Below, one piece after another: positions 6,349 through 16,959 of a stretch of 41,341 bases of DNA (positions are counted from its first letter, which is position 1; the number at the start of each line of letters is the position of its first letter). The translations under genes were made by a program, and so were the position numbers. The DNA comes from a virus (lineage: Duplodnaviria; Caudoviricetes): positions 1 to 41,341 of the IMG/VR virus record IMGVR_UViG_3300048585_000035; one strand, 5' to 3'. The notes under the pieces are model-generated. The model worked only from the letters and a program-made list of their open reading frames with translations, was not told the origin of the DNA and did not search any database.

Positions 6349-9300
6349 AAAGCCTTCGCGTAGAGGTATGCACTCGGTGCGGTGATGATGTTGTCCACGC
6401 CCAGTGAAGTATCCAAGCCACGCTCAGTGATGAAGCCGTCCATCGGCCCAGGCGTGCCAAGCACGCTCCCAAGACCCTGTGCTACGAAGAACGAGAAGGG
6501 GTTCTTGCGGAACCGGTTCAAGATCACGTTCTGTGCTCGAATCGTGAACTGACTCCACCAAATCAATCCGTAAGACTCGAGTCCTGCTCGCATGCGGCCA
6601 GGGTTGCTCTGGTACGACACCAACTCGTCACGCACCGTGTCAATGGCATCTTCCTGCTGATGACCGGTTTCCAGCATGTGCTGGTAGATCGCGTAACGGG
6701 CCAGGAAGTCACCGGCCTGGATGGCCTTTGACATCGCATCATGCAGGGTGCTGTCCTTCGCAAAGATTGCGTTGGCCAGGTATGCCGGTGCCTTGGGGTG
6801 TACCTTCGTCCGCAGATGTCCGTTCACCCAGCTGGCCAGGTCACCAAGGTAGGTGTGGCTCGGGGTGTCTTCCAGTCCCTCGGGCAGGTCACTCAAATCA
6901 CCGGCCGCAATCAACGGGTAGATGCTCAGCCGCTGAATGGCCTGCACCTTGCTGTTGCGCATGGCTTCCAGTTTGGTCTTCTCGGCTGCATCCGTGGTGC
7001 CTGCAATCTGGACGGTCAAGGCTACTCTTTCACGTTCAAGCCGGTTGAAGTCCTGAACCTCCTTCATGCCGTGGCGGTACCACTTGATCACCTTGGTGAT
7101 CGGCACGCCATTGGCCAGCACCAGGTGAACTGATGCGAGGAAGTTGTTGTACGGCACGGAGAGGCTGCGCACGATGATCGTGTCCTTGGCTGTGGCCACG
7201 GCTTCCTTGAATGCCTGCTCGGCCGCCAGGAATACCTGCATGCCCTTGGCTCCGCCGAAGAAGACGGTCTGCACCAAGCCAATGACAGCCTTCCGGGTGT
7301 TTTCATCCAAAGATGCGTCACCCGTGAAGATCTCAAGGGCGCTCATGTTGTGATAACCGATCGTGTCCTCGACGAGTTCCTTTCGGATCATCACAGGTCC
7401 ATTGAATGCCTGCTGCAGGGCTTCCTTCATGTCAGCCGGAATCACTTCCCAAGCTCGAGCAACCTGCTTGTCCGTGCTCGAGTCCACGGCTTCGTATTCG
7501 TCCTGCCGACCCGCAGCGACGCCGTCCTTCCAGTGATCCACCATCGCCTGGATGGTTTGCTGGTTCACCACCTTGGCGATGTTCTCTTCTGCAATACGGC
7601 CGAGGCGCTTGCCAATGGCCACATGCAGCATGGTGTTGTCGCCCTTCAGGTGTTGACGGACCATCTTCGGATCCAACAGCCGTTCATAGCCGAGCAAATC
7701 ACCATCAAAGGCATAGATCGGGACCAGGTTGCTTTCAAGGCCCCGGTTGCGCTGGATGTAAGCCACCACTCGCGGATCCGTGATCATCGTCCCAACCTGC
7801 GGGTTGATGGTCGCAGCCGTCGTGTAGTTGATGCCCTCACCGGTCTGCTGCACGGTTGCAATGACACCCTGGGTGAATGTCGGCGGCGGAGAGTACTTGC
7901 GGGTGTAGTAGTGCAGGGTCTCCGGATCGCCGGCCGACCGCTTGTACCGCTCACCCTTAATGAAGCCCAGCTTCTCCAGTCGGGCTCCGTCCACCGCATT
8001 GGCCAGAACCACGCTGCTCCGAGGGTCGGTCGACATCGGCAGGGTGTTCTTCCAGTAGAGGTACTGGTACTGCTTGGAGTGCAGGGACGCTTCCGCATCC
8101 TTAACGCTCTTCAGCATGCCGATGAGGTTGTCCATCGCCTGCGGATGGGAACGGAAGTATTGGCCCACTGTGGCTCGCTGAGCGGGCTGCAGGAAGTCGA
8201 TCGCGTAGAGGGTGACCAACTGATCCACCTGCGCCACAAGCTCCTCAGACGCCTCCTGGCGCTGTCCATTGACGTTGTCTGCAATGGCTCGAGCGTTGCG
8301 CAGCAGTTCCTGAGCCATGCCCGGACGGGGCTTGCCGTGCACCAGGAAGTAGCCAAGGTTCTTGGCATCGATCCAATTGTTAACCCTGGATTCAAGAACC
8401 GTGATCATTCGCTGCCGTTCGGCGTCGTTCAGGTACATTTCACGGGCCGAGCTGCCCAGAGTCTCCACCCCCAGGGTGCCGAAGTACTCGAACAGGTTGT
8501 TCCAGCCGTCGAAACCATCCGGGAAGAGCTTGGCCAGCTCCCGAGGCAGGGCATTGTCGAACTGGGACCGGGTCCGGTTGATGGCGTTCATCATGGCGTT
8601 GTGCGCCCGATGGAACAGCTTGGCATCGCCTGTGGTGCCCCGCAGGTCAGCCACCAGCTTCTGGAGCCAACGCTGCTCCGTCAGGGTGTTCACAGCCGTC
8701 TGGAGAACCTGCCCATACTTCTTTGCGCCCTTCTCGCTAGTCAGGGCAGCAATGCCTCGCAGCGCCCAGTCAGCCGCGTCAGGGACGCTCTCAGGCAGGG
8801 TGTCGGCCAAGTTGTCTGCCTTCGTGCCGATCGTCTCGAGCACGGCCCTGCCCAACCGGTTGAGCCGGCTGACAGAGGTGCCAAGGAAGCTGTTGTACGC
8901 CTCCTTGTTCATCAACATGGCTGAAAGGGCTTCACTGAGGATCTGTTGGCTTGTGTCGGCTTGTCCGGTGTCCAGCGCCTTGTCCATCAGGGCATTAAGC
9001 CGGGACTTGGTCGGCCGTCCTGCCCACAGGACATTCAGCTGGGTGGCGAACGTGGGCTCGACAGCCACGAGAGCCATGGCTGCTGCCACCATGTCAGGGG
9101 AATTCTGGAACAGCTTCGCCTTCGGATGCTTCGGCACGGTGGACGTGATGAACTCCTCCACCTCACCACTGCGCTGACCGGCCCGCATCAGGACGTAGAT
9201 GCGGGTGAACATGTTCTCCTGGTCCGGAGACAAGTTGTACGCCGTCTTGATCGCACCGAGGACACGCGGCCACTCGAGCTTGATGGCCTTCATGTCCGGG

Positions 9301-12300
9301 TTGAAACCCTGCTTGAAGCGAGCGTCGAGATCGCGGTATGCCTGTTCGGTGAGGTCTTCGAGATCGGCCAGACTCGTCACTGCAGCCCGTGGCGCAACCT
9401 CTGCCGATTCGGCAGCCGGTTCGAACACCTCCGTGAGCCCACGGTAGACATCCAGCACCTCGTCGTAGAACGTGCCGGCCACCTTGGGGTTCATCCCGAG
9501 GACGGCAGCCAACAGCTGCTTCAGGCGGGTGATCACTCGACTGACGAATCCAGGCGACTGCTCTTCGAGGATCTGCTCGGACGACAGGACGTAGGCCAGC
9601 ATCTCGTCCAGTGCACCAGCTTCATCACCACGGAACAGCAGGTTCTGGATGACACTCTGGGCAAAGGCCGTGTTACCGACAGCCGGCAGGTTCATGAACT
9701 TCTGCATGAGCTGCGCGAGGTCGTTGATCGGACCACGCAGTGCAACCGGCACCGCATTGATGTTGTTGAAGAAGTTGTGGAAGTGGTCGGTGAAGACACT
9801 ATGCATCAACTCATGCAGCATCAATGTCGGTGAAGCATGGAGCACTGCAATGCGCTGCTCGTAGCTCAGGCCACCCACAGAACCGAAGCGACGACGGACG
9901 CCCGTCGCAGCTACCCAGTTGTCCCATGCCTCCTGATCGGACGTGAGCGTGACACGCAGATCCGGATGCAGCAGCGTACGCAGGCGCTTCCACACTGCTC
10001 GATGGATCGGGCTCTTCCACTTCACCTTGTCGAGGGCGGCGATGACATCACTGCGACCCAGCGTGTTCATGCGAGCAACGCTGAACATGGTCTTGAGCGT
10101 CATATCCGTATCGGTATAACCAATCCACTTGGCTTCACGGCCCACCAGGCGGACATTGCGGAACACCGGCTTGCCATCCGGGGAAGGCGAGTTATCGGTG
10201 CGCAGAACAGTGTTCGTGGCCACAGCTTCTTCCAGCTGGGCCATCGTGTAGTCGCTCTCCCACGTGAGCACGCCATCGGCCTTGGCTCGCAGGTACATGC
10301 GAATGGCGGATGGATGCACGCTCTTGTCGGAGTCGTAGGTGGCTCCGGCCTTGGCAGCCATGCGCAGCACCTTGATGAGTCGACGAGTGCCGGCGCTGAG
10401 TTTGGTCACGGTGTCGAACTTCGCATTGGGCGAGTTCCACGTGTTCTTACCAACCCAACGCAGGCCAGTCATGATCACATCGATCAAGCCCTCTTCATCT
10501 TCGATGCGAGTGGCTCGAGGATCCTTGAACTGCTTCGGATAAAGGCCAGCTTCACGGGTGCCGCTCTCGGCCAGATCCACTACTTCTTCACGACCCGTAT
10601 CTTCTTCCAGGGACAGCTCAAGCTCGGCCGCACGAGGCGCAGGCGTGGTGAACGAACCACCACCACCCATCTGCAGCATGGTGTGCGGACCATCGGCCAC
10701 GAGGTTTTCCCAGCCACGACGCTGTGCAGCGTAGAGCATCTGGAAGTCGCTCTCGGCATTTCGGAACTCATACTTGAACATGTCCCAGGTGGGCTCGATC
10801 CGCTCACCGAACTCATCCAGGAACTTTCTCGGCGGAGAGTTCTTTTCCCACAGCTCGAGAACTGCGGCCTGCTCTTCAGCGGTAGCCTTGTCCAGGAACT
10901 GCTGGATGCCTTCGTTCACCCGGAAGAAGTCACGCAGAAGGTCGAACTCACCGGTACGCCAGACGCTCTCGTTGAGGGCAGTACCGGCCTTCAGGATGTC
11001 GGTGACCAGCAGTTCGATACCGTCGAACACGTCCGTGGCGTTCCAGCCATTCTGGAAGAAGTCCGTGCCCATTGAAGCGTCGCCACCACCGATGGTGAGC
11101 AACGCCAGGATGCGGACACCGATACGCTTCGGAACCGGGATGTCCAGCTTGGTCTCGAACGGAGTTCCAAAGCCACTCACCTTGGATCCATCCAGATCAA
11201 ACTCGGTGGAGTTGAGGTTGACGCTACGAGCGCCGTTCAACGTCGAGAACGACAGGTCAAGCGTCTCAGCGTTGAGTCGATCGAACTCCTCCCGGCTGGG
11301 CTCATACATCCACACCTTGTCGCCGTAGGCCTTCACCAGGGCCTGGTTCTCTGCACGAGCACGCTTCAGCTGTTCGCTGCGGATCTTCCACTGCGCTGCC
11401 TTGACGACGAACGCAATGTTGGTGACACCCACCATGGCCTTGGTCATGTCGGCCACGGTCGGCTTCTCAGCCTCGTAGGCGCTGTGCAGGGCTTCTGCCA
11501 GACGCCGAGTGCTGTAGTGCCAGAGCTTGTCGGCCGGAGTGACATCACCCTTGAACACGCCCTTCTTGTCGAGCTTGCGGAATGAGTCGCTGCCCTCGAG
11601 CGAACGCTCGATGCGACCCTTCAGCTTGAGCAGCTCATTGCGAGCTGGACCCACAGGTGTCTTGGCCAGCTTGGTGTTCACCTCAACCCAACGGTGATTG
11701 AGCTTGGTGACCATGTCACGCCACAGCTGGCTCTTCACGCCGTTCGGGCTGCCGCCATACTGCACCGGGATGGATGCAATCTTGCCGGCGTCACGCTTGA
11801 ACTTGAACTGGCGGATCTCGGGAATCTCCAGCACCTTGCCATCGGTTCCGATGATGCTGAAGGACTTCTTCGGATCGGCATCAAACTCAATGAGTCCAGC
11901 TGTCTCGAGGAGATCCAGGTTCTCCCGGACTGTCCTCCACCACCAATCGGCTGAGGTGCTGGGATTCTTGCGCTGCATGGCCTTCAGAGCACCGACCAGG
12001 CCCTGGGCATAGCTCACTTCGGCCCGCTGGTTGATGCGGCCGTAGAAGTCGTCGCTCTTGTACGCAGCCTGCATGCGCTGACGTTCCTTCTCGTACGTCG
12101 CGCCGATCTTGCTGAGGAAGAGACCACCCTGTTCCAGGTTGGCTCCGTGACGCACACCCAAGCCAAAGAACAGCTCGGTGTTGAACGAGCCGTTGGTCTT
12201 GCCGTCGATTTCGAACGGCAGGAAGTTCTCGAACGGTCGGGTGCCATCCTCGGCAGCCGGGGCCTCGAGAGTCTTCAGCATCTTGCCCAGCGTGAGCAGC

Positions 12301-15300
12301 GCAGAAAGCTGACGGGGAGTCCACGGTGTGTCACGTCGCAGGACTTCCAGGATCTTGCCCTGACGCTTGAACGGATCTTCCTCTGTCGAGTTCAGAGCAT
12401 CCTGCAGCTTCAGAGCCAGCTCCGTGTACTCAGCAGACACTTCCGTGTCCCACTTCGCAATCACGGTGTCATGGTCATTGATGTCGGTCTTCACGCCGAA
12501 TGCCTGAGCCAACGCAAGCTTCAGGAACTTCACGTGATCCGGGTTGTTCAAGTCCAGGGTTTCCTGAGCAGAGGAGAACAGGTCACGCAGGAACTTGTTG
12601 TTCTGCGGACCCATGGCCGTCTTGGCTCGGTTGTTCTGACCCAGGTGATACTTGTAGTAGAGCTTCTTCAGGCCACCCTGAGTGACCTCTGCGTACTTCG
12701 CAGCTGCACGGAACTCGTTCATGTACGCCGTGTGCATGCTGCGCAGCGCCTGACGAACGCTGAACGGATAGGCTCCGTCCGTCATTTCAGGGACGGAGTC
12801 GTAGTGCCCCATCAGCACGGCAGCCATGTTCTCGAGACCCAGCGACGTGAACACGTCGTAGAACTGGGCATTCAAGCCATGGGCCACCCGCTCACGGTTG
12901 AGCAGGCCCTGACGTACTTTCTCACTGAGACGGGTGGAGGTGTATTGAATCACCTTGTCCACCAATGACAGGTCTTCAGGTGCGGTGTCCGAGACTTCCC
13001 ACACCCGCTCGTTCTCGAAGATCTCAGCCGTACGGTCGATGGCTTCGAGGTTGGTGATGCCGGCCTTGTGTGCCATGTCGTTCGGCACGAGGATCTTGCT
13101 CGGGTAGACATCGCCTTCGACGTTCTCATCCCGCACGAACACAGCCATCGGGATGGTGGCGTACGTGTGCACACCTTCCTCGGAAGTCTGGAAGTTCCCC
13201 GAACGCACCAGGGCTTCAACCGTGCTCAAGCCAAGTGCAAGAGGAGCACCCTGCTCGATTGACAGGCTGTGCTCACGAGAAGCCTTCACGCCCAGGATCT
13301 TGAGCGCCAGCTCGGCAATGTCCTTCGCCCACACACCAGGGAGAGCATCACGACGGGGCTCACCCTTCTCGTTGAAGGCCGTGTTGTACATGGCTGCGTT
13401 GCGCAGGACGACGATTGCGCCGGCCAAGGCAAAGGCTCGAGCTACCTCTTCAGGTACTCGGCCATCCTCAGTCATGAACACTGACACGGCACCAAACGGC
13501 TTGTCCTTGTCACCACGCTCAGCCAGCTTGCCTTCGCCATCCTGGAAGATGCCGATCGGAATGTCAGTCTTGCCATCAGCCTCTTCGTACTGCTCACCCA
13601 GGCCGTAGAAGTGGTTCATCAGGTTCTGCGCTTCAGCCTCGTAGAGCTGGTAGACGCCAGCTTCCTTGAGCTTCTGCACCCAACCTTCGTAGGACACGTC
13701 CTTCTTGACCGTGAACCAGTCCAGCAGAGTCTTGCCGGCTACTTTGGCCCATCCGGTGACTCGGAGGATCGGGTTTTCGGTCGGAAGGCTGACAGCAGGT
13801 TCCTGAGCAGATACGCGATTACTGCCAGTGTCAGGACGGCCAGCAGGGATTTCTCGAGCATTCTCGAAATCCAGTCCTGCGCGAGCTTCCTCTTCGGCGG
13901 CTTCGTCTGCTGCTCGGGCGGCTTCAAGTTCGTCGTCGACATTGGTGGGTGCCTCTTCAATTTGCGGCGCATCGAGCGTCGCCTTGTTCACTTCAGAAGC
14001 CGGCGTCATTTCATTGCGCACAGCTTCCGGCAGACGCTTGTCGACGCGAGCAGCCTTGTACGCCTGCTTGACGTACGGACGAATGGCATCACCCACATCA
14101 GCAATCATGGCTTGAGCCACGGCAGCAAACGTACGTGCACCACGCTCAATGTGGTAGATGGCAAGACCCACGCTGGCCTTGAACATTTCCGGGTCGAGAC
14201 CCGAATTCACCTGGCCCAGCTTCGACTTGAGCAGGGCACGCATTTTCTCAGCGGCTTCATCGGTGACGATGGTATTGGCCGACACCGACGCCGTAGGCGC
14301 AGGCGTAGCCGGAGCCGCAGGCGGCGGGGGAGGCGCAACACGACTACGCTTCCGATCCAGTGCAGTTCGAAGAGTGGTCTGATCCTTCGGATCGAGGAAC
14401 GCTCCATCCTTGGTGAGATCGGCTTCAACTGCATCAAGCTGCTCGACCGTCTTTGCAGCAGCAAGGTTCTTGGAGATGCGCTCTCGAACCTTCTTCTGTG
14501 ATTCCCTGAAGCCACGATCTTCACGCTCTGCCTGATCGATGTCCTCGTCAGCAGTGTTGTCCGTGCCCTCATCAGGATCACGGGCAGGCTTGGCAGCCTT
14601 CTTCTGGGGAGCAGGCTGCTTCGGCGGAGCGTTTCCACGCAGCGCCTGCCGTGCTTCCATCTTCGCCTTGTTCTTGTCCGCACGAGCCTCAGCGGCTTCC
14701 ATCAGCTTCGGGTAGCTGGACTTCAGGACATCGTACAGAGCCAGCGCATCACCGAAGTCTTCCTGGACAACGTCGATCATGGCGCGTGAGTTCTTGTTGC
14801 TCAGGTGAACCTTGAAGGGTTCGCCAGACGGCTTGCCGTTTTCATCCAGAACATCCGTGCCTTCGATGTCGATGAAGCCCTGATCCACATACCGCTTGTA
14901 CTGCGGGAACTTGGTTGCGTTTTCCTTCCAGTTGTCGACGACAGCCAGGATCTTCTTCACTTCCTGGAACGCAGCAGCACGCACTGCAAGGCGCTTCATG
15001 TAACGAGCAGCCTCAGTGGCCACCGGCAGGTCGATCGCCGTGTTGCGCTGCCCTTCACGCAGCTTGCTCAGGCGGTAGAGCGTGTTCTGCACGTGCTGCT
15101 GCATGCCCTTCTTGCGGGCATTGCGCTTGCCTGTGGTATTCCAGCCACTGTCCAGGAGCTGCTCGGAAGTCCGTTGGGTCTTCTTCGTACGACCGTCATT
15201 CGGACCCGCCAGCCGCTTCTTGATGCGCTCAACGGTTGCGGCAAGCTTGGCCACCACCGGCTGCAGGCTATCCGGGACCGCAGACTTCGGGACACGGGTG

Positions 15301-16886
15301 ATGTCTGTCGCAGCCACGGCTTCGATCAAGCCAGCAGCCTCAGAATTCGTCGGGGCATCCTTCGCTGCCTGCTCGAGCGCAGCATCATCCTTCTTCAGCA
15401 GGTTCTCTCGAGCCTGATTGAGGTTGGCTGCGTTCTCCAGGGAAGCGGCGTTCTGAATGGCAGCTGCCTGCTCTTCAGTGATTTCCCCGTCCTTCAGGGG
15501 AGCCTCAGCCACTTCAGCCGTCTTCTCCGCAGCGAGCACCGACTTCACGTCGTCATCTTTCACTGTCTGCGGGTCAACAGTCGACTGCTCCGGAAGCTTG
15601 AAGTCTTCCACAGGTGCAGCCGGGGGCGGAGGCGGTGGCTCAGGCGGAGGAGCCTCGTTGACCGGGGGTTCCTCAGACGGCGGAGGTGCCGTCTTCTCAT
15701 CGTCACTCACTTCGCTTAATGCGTCTTGAATGCCCTTGATCGCCCGATCGGCATCCGACATGCCATCGCTCGGCGGCGGCGTTTCGACCACAGGCTCACT
15801 GGATGAGCCTGCCGTTCCGTTCACTTCGGCCAGAGCTGCATCGACAGCCGCAGCTTGAGGCGTCTGTGCACGGGCTGCAGCAGCACTGCCGATGCCTTTG
15901 AGGCCCTTCAGCACACCTACGCCAATGGAGGAGCCCACATCCCGCACCAGGCTCGGGCTACGCAGACCGCCCGTGAACAAGGCACTGATGGCCGAAGCTT
16001 CACCCACGGCACCACCGACGCCTTCCATGGGATCACGCCCATTCATGACGTTGTCGGTCACCGTGTTGGTGATGGCCATGCCGCCTTCTTCGATCACCTC
16101 TCCGCCCACAGCAGTGAGCGTGGGAAGTGCAGCCTTGCCGAGGAACTGGCTCGTAACCTTGTTGGTTCGGCCCAACGGATCCAATTCGAATCCAGGCGTG
16201 GCTTTGCCCAGCAGGAAGCCGGCTGCCATAGCCGTACCACCAGCGATTTGGGCCTGCTCTGTTGCTTTCGCAACATCTCCTGTTTCGCGGAGAACACGTT
16301 CGTAGGTCTGGCCGTAGCTGGCAGAGCCTTCAAGGATACCGCTGAGGGCCGCTACGCGGTTGATGATGGCACCCTCAGTCGTGCCACCTATCGCAGCAAG
16401 ACCTCGGCCAACGACACCAGGAACGGCTCCAGCGGCTGCAAAGCCCATGGCTTTGGCCGCAGGTCCGATCATCAGGTAGGGAGACTGAGCCATCACATCT
16501 GCGAAGGTGTTCCCACCGCTCGCAGCCCGCTTGGCTCCTTCGATCAGGCCAGCCCACTCACCACCCTCTTCGGTGGCTTGACGGACGGCAGCAGCGTCTC
16601 GCTCACGCTCGAGCAAGTACGCAGGTGAACGGAACTCATCGAGGGCTTGTGACGTACGAGCGGCATCAGCCAGCTCATACTGAGGCAGGGCAGCCAGCGG
16701 AATGGATCCGATCGACTGAAGCGTGTCGAGGATGCCAACAGTGGTGTCCTGGATCTGGTTGCGGTCTTTCCGGGCCTCCGCTTCAGCCAAGCCCTGCTGA
16801 AGCTGAGCATTGGCACGTGCGAGAGTGCCGCTGGTCTGGCTGAGGTCGACATCGGGAATTACCGGGAGGTCTCTATAGTCAGCCAT
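6345..16886 (-). CDS. Virion-encapsidated RNA polymerase (N4 gp50-like, 3513 aa)
   Basis: Size; no Cys noticed in the translation; motif A FEIDGKTNG (about 12185-12215), motif B KRDAGK..IPVQYGG (about 11750-11800), motif C VFDG (about 11015-11030); N4-like C-terminal domain. Confidence 0.97.
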   Translation of the reverse strand: MADYRDLPVIPDVDLSQTSGTLARANAQLQQGLAEAEARKDRNQIQDTTVGILDTLQSIGSIPLAALPQYELADAARTSQALDEFRSPAYLLERERDAAAVRQATEEGGEWAGLIEGAKRAASGGNTFADVMAQSPYLMIGPAAKAMGFAAAGAVPGVVGRGLAAIGGTTEGAIINRVAALSGILEGSASYGQTYERVLRETGDVAKATEQAQIAGGTAMAAGFLLGKATPGFELDPLGRTNKVTSQFLGKAALPTLTAVGGEVIEEGGMAITNTVTDNVMNGRDPMEGVGGAVGEASAISALFTGGLRSPSLVRDVGSSIGVGVLKGLKGIGSAAAARAQTPQAAAVDAALAEVNGTAGSSSEPVVETPPPSDGMSDADRAIKGIQDALSEVSDDEKTAPPPSEEPPVNEAPPPEPPPPPPAAPVEDFKLPEQSTVDPQTVKDDDVKSVLAAEKTAEVAEAPLKDGEITEEQAAAIQNAASLENAANLNQARENLLKKDDAALEQAAKDAPTNSEAAGLIEAVAATDITRVPKSAVPDSLQPVVAKLAATVERIKKRLAGPNDGRTKKTQRTSEQLLDSGWNTTGKRNARKKGMQQHVQNTLYRLSKLREGQRNTAIDLPVATEAARYMKRLAVRAAAFQEVKKILAVVDNWKENATKFPQYKRYVDQGFIDIEGTDVLDENGKPSGEPFKVHLSNKNSRAMIDVVQEDFGDALALYDVLKSSYPKLMEAAEARADKNKAKMEARQALRGNAPPKQPAPQKKAAKPARDPDEGTDNTADEDIDQAEREDRGFRESQKKVRERISKNLAAAKTVEQLDAVEADLTKDGAFLDPKDQTTLRTALDRKRSRVAPPPPPAAPATPAPTASVSANTIVTDEAAEKMRALLKSKLGQVNSGLDPEMFKASVGLAIYHIERGARTFAAVAQAMIADVGDAIRPYVKQAYKAARVDKRLPEAVRNEMTPASEVNKATLDAPQIEEAPTNVDDELEAARAADEAAEEEARAGLDFENAREIPAGRPDTGSNRVSAQEPAVSLPTENPILRVTGWAKVAGKTLLDWFTVKKDVSYEGWVQKLKEAGVYQLYEAEAQNLMNHFYGLGEQYEEADGKTDIPIGIFQDGEGKLAERGDKDKPFGAVSVFMTEDGRVPEEVARAFALAGAIVVLRNAAMYNTAFNEKGEPRRDALPGVWAKDIAELALKILGVKASREHSLSIEQGAPLALGLSTVEALVRSGNFQTSEEGVHTYATIPMAVFVRDENVEGDVYPSKILVPNDMAHKAGITNLEAIDRTAEIFENERVWEVSDTAPEDLSLVDKVIQYTSTRLSEKVRQGLLNRERVAHGLNAQFYDVFTSLGLENMAAVLMGHYDSVPEMTDGAYPFSVRQALRSMHTAYMNEFRAAAKYAEVTQGGLKKLYYKYHLGQNNRAKTAMGPQNNKFLRDLFSSAQETLDLNNPDHVKFLKLALAQAFGVKTDINDHDTVIAKWDTEVSAEYTELALKLQDALNSTEEDPFKRQGKILEVLRRDTPWTPRQLSALLTLGKMLKTLEAPAAEDGTRPFENFLPFEIDGKTNGSFNTELFFGLGVRHGANLEQGGLFLSKIGATYEKERQRMQAAYKSDDFYGRINQRAEVSYAQGLVGALKAMQRKNPSTSADWWWRTVRENLDLLETAGLIEFDADPKKSFSIIGTDGKVLEIPEIRQFKFKRDAGKIASIPVQYGGSPNGVKSQLWRDMVTKLNHRWVEVNTKLAKTPVGPARNELLKLKGRIERSLEGSDSFRKLDKKGVFKGDVTPADKLWHYSTRRLAEALHSAYEAEKPTVADMTKAMVGVTNIAFVVKAAQWKIRSEQLKRARAENQALVKAYGDKVWMYEPSREEFDRLNAETLDLSFSTLNGARSVNLNSTEFDLDGSKVSGFGTPFETKLDIPVPKRIGVRILALLTIGGGDASMGTDFFQNGWNATDVFDGIELLVTDILKAGTALNESVWRTGEFDLLRDFFRVNEGIQQFLDKATAEEQAAVLELWEKNSPPRKFLDEFGERIEPTWDMFKYEFRNAESDFQMLYAAQRRGWENLVADGPHTMLQMGGGGSFTTPAPRAAELELSLEEDTGREEVVDLAESGTREAGLYPKQFKDPRATRIEDEEGLIDVIMTGLRWVGKNTWNSPNAKFDTVTKLSAGTRRLIKVLRMAAKAGATYDSDKSVHPSAIRMYLRAKADGVLTWESDYTMAQLEEAVATNTVLRTDNSPSPDGKPVFRNVRLVGREAKWIGYTDTDMTLKTMFSVARMNTLGRSDVIAALDKVKWKSPIHRAVWKRLRTLLHPDLRVTLTSDQEAWDNWVAATGVRRRFGSVGGLSYEQRIAVLHASPTLMLHELMHSVFTDHFHNFFNNINAVPVALRGPINDLAQLMQKFMNLPAVGNTAFAQSVIQNLLFRGDEAGALDEMLAYVLSSEQILEEQSPGFVSRVITRLKQLLAAVLGMNPKVAGTFYDEVLDVYRGLTEVFEPAAESAEVAPRAAVTSLADLEDLTEQAYRDLDARFKQGFNPDMKAIKLEWPRVLGAIKTAYNLSPDQENMFTRIYVLMRAGQRSGEVEEFITSTVPKHPKAKLFQNSPDMVAAAMALVAVEPTFATQLNVLWAGRPTKSRLNALMDKALDTGQADTSQQILSEALSAMLMNKEAYNSFLGTSVSRLNRLGRAVLETIGTKADNLADTLPESVPDAADWALRGIAALTSEKGAKKYGQVLQTAVNTLTEQRWLQKLVADLRGTTGDAKLFHRAHNAMMNAINRTRSQFDNALPRELAKLFPDGFDGWNNLFEYFGTLGVETLGSSAREMYLNDAERQRMITVLESRVNNWIDAKNLGYFLVHGKPRPGMAQELLRNARAIADNVNGQRQEASEELVAQVDQLVTLYAIDFLQPAQRATVGQYFRSHPQAMDNLIGMLKSVKDAEASLHSKQYQYLYWKNTLPMSTDPRSSVVLANAVDGARLEKLGFIKGERYKRSAGDPETLHYYTRKYSPPPTFTQGVIATVQQTGEGINYTTAATINPQVGTMITDPRVVAYIQRNRGLESNLVPIYAFDGDLLGYERLLDPKMVRQHLKGDNTMLHVAIGKRLGRIAEENIAKVVNQQTIQAMVDHWKDGVAAGRQDEYEAVDSSTDKQVARAWEVIPADMKEALQQAFNGPVMIRKELVEDTIGYHNMSALEIFTGDASLDENTRKAVIGLVQTVFFGGAKGMQVFLAAEQAFKEAVATAKDTIIVRSLSVPYNNFLASVHLVLANGVPITKVIKWYRHGMKEVQDFNRLERERVALTVQIAGTTDAAEKTKLEAMRNSKVQAIQRLSIYPLIAAGDLSDLPEGLEDTPSHTYLGDLASWVNGHLRTKVHPKAPAYLANAIFAKDSTLHDAMSKAIQAGDFLARYAIYQHMLETGHQQEDAIDTVRDELVSYQSNPGRMRAGLESYGLIWWSQFTIRAQNVILNRFRKNPFSFFVAQGLGSVLGTPGPMDGFITERGLDTSLGVDNIITAPSAYLYAKAF

Positions 16887-16930
16887 GCCGCTACCTGATT
16901 TTTGCCGAGGGTGGGGGTGAGCCCTCGGGG

Positions 16931-16959
16931 ATTATAGGCAGGTCGTGGCGTTTTACCAA
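16931..16959 (-). promoter_or_regulatory. Sigma70-type late promoter upstream of the vRNAP gene
   Basis: Minus strand TTGGTA-N17-TATAAT; N4 late genes are transcribed by host sigma70 RNAP. Confidence 0.6.

Noticed and set aside
7350-13608. Long plus-strand ORFs (524, 412, 295, 273 aa, etc.) opposite the vRNAP
   Set aside because: Antisense shadows with no motifs or convincing SD sequences; the same applies to 38821-39783 and 32511-33428.
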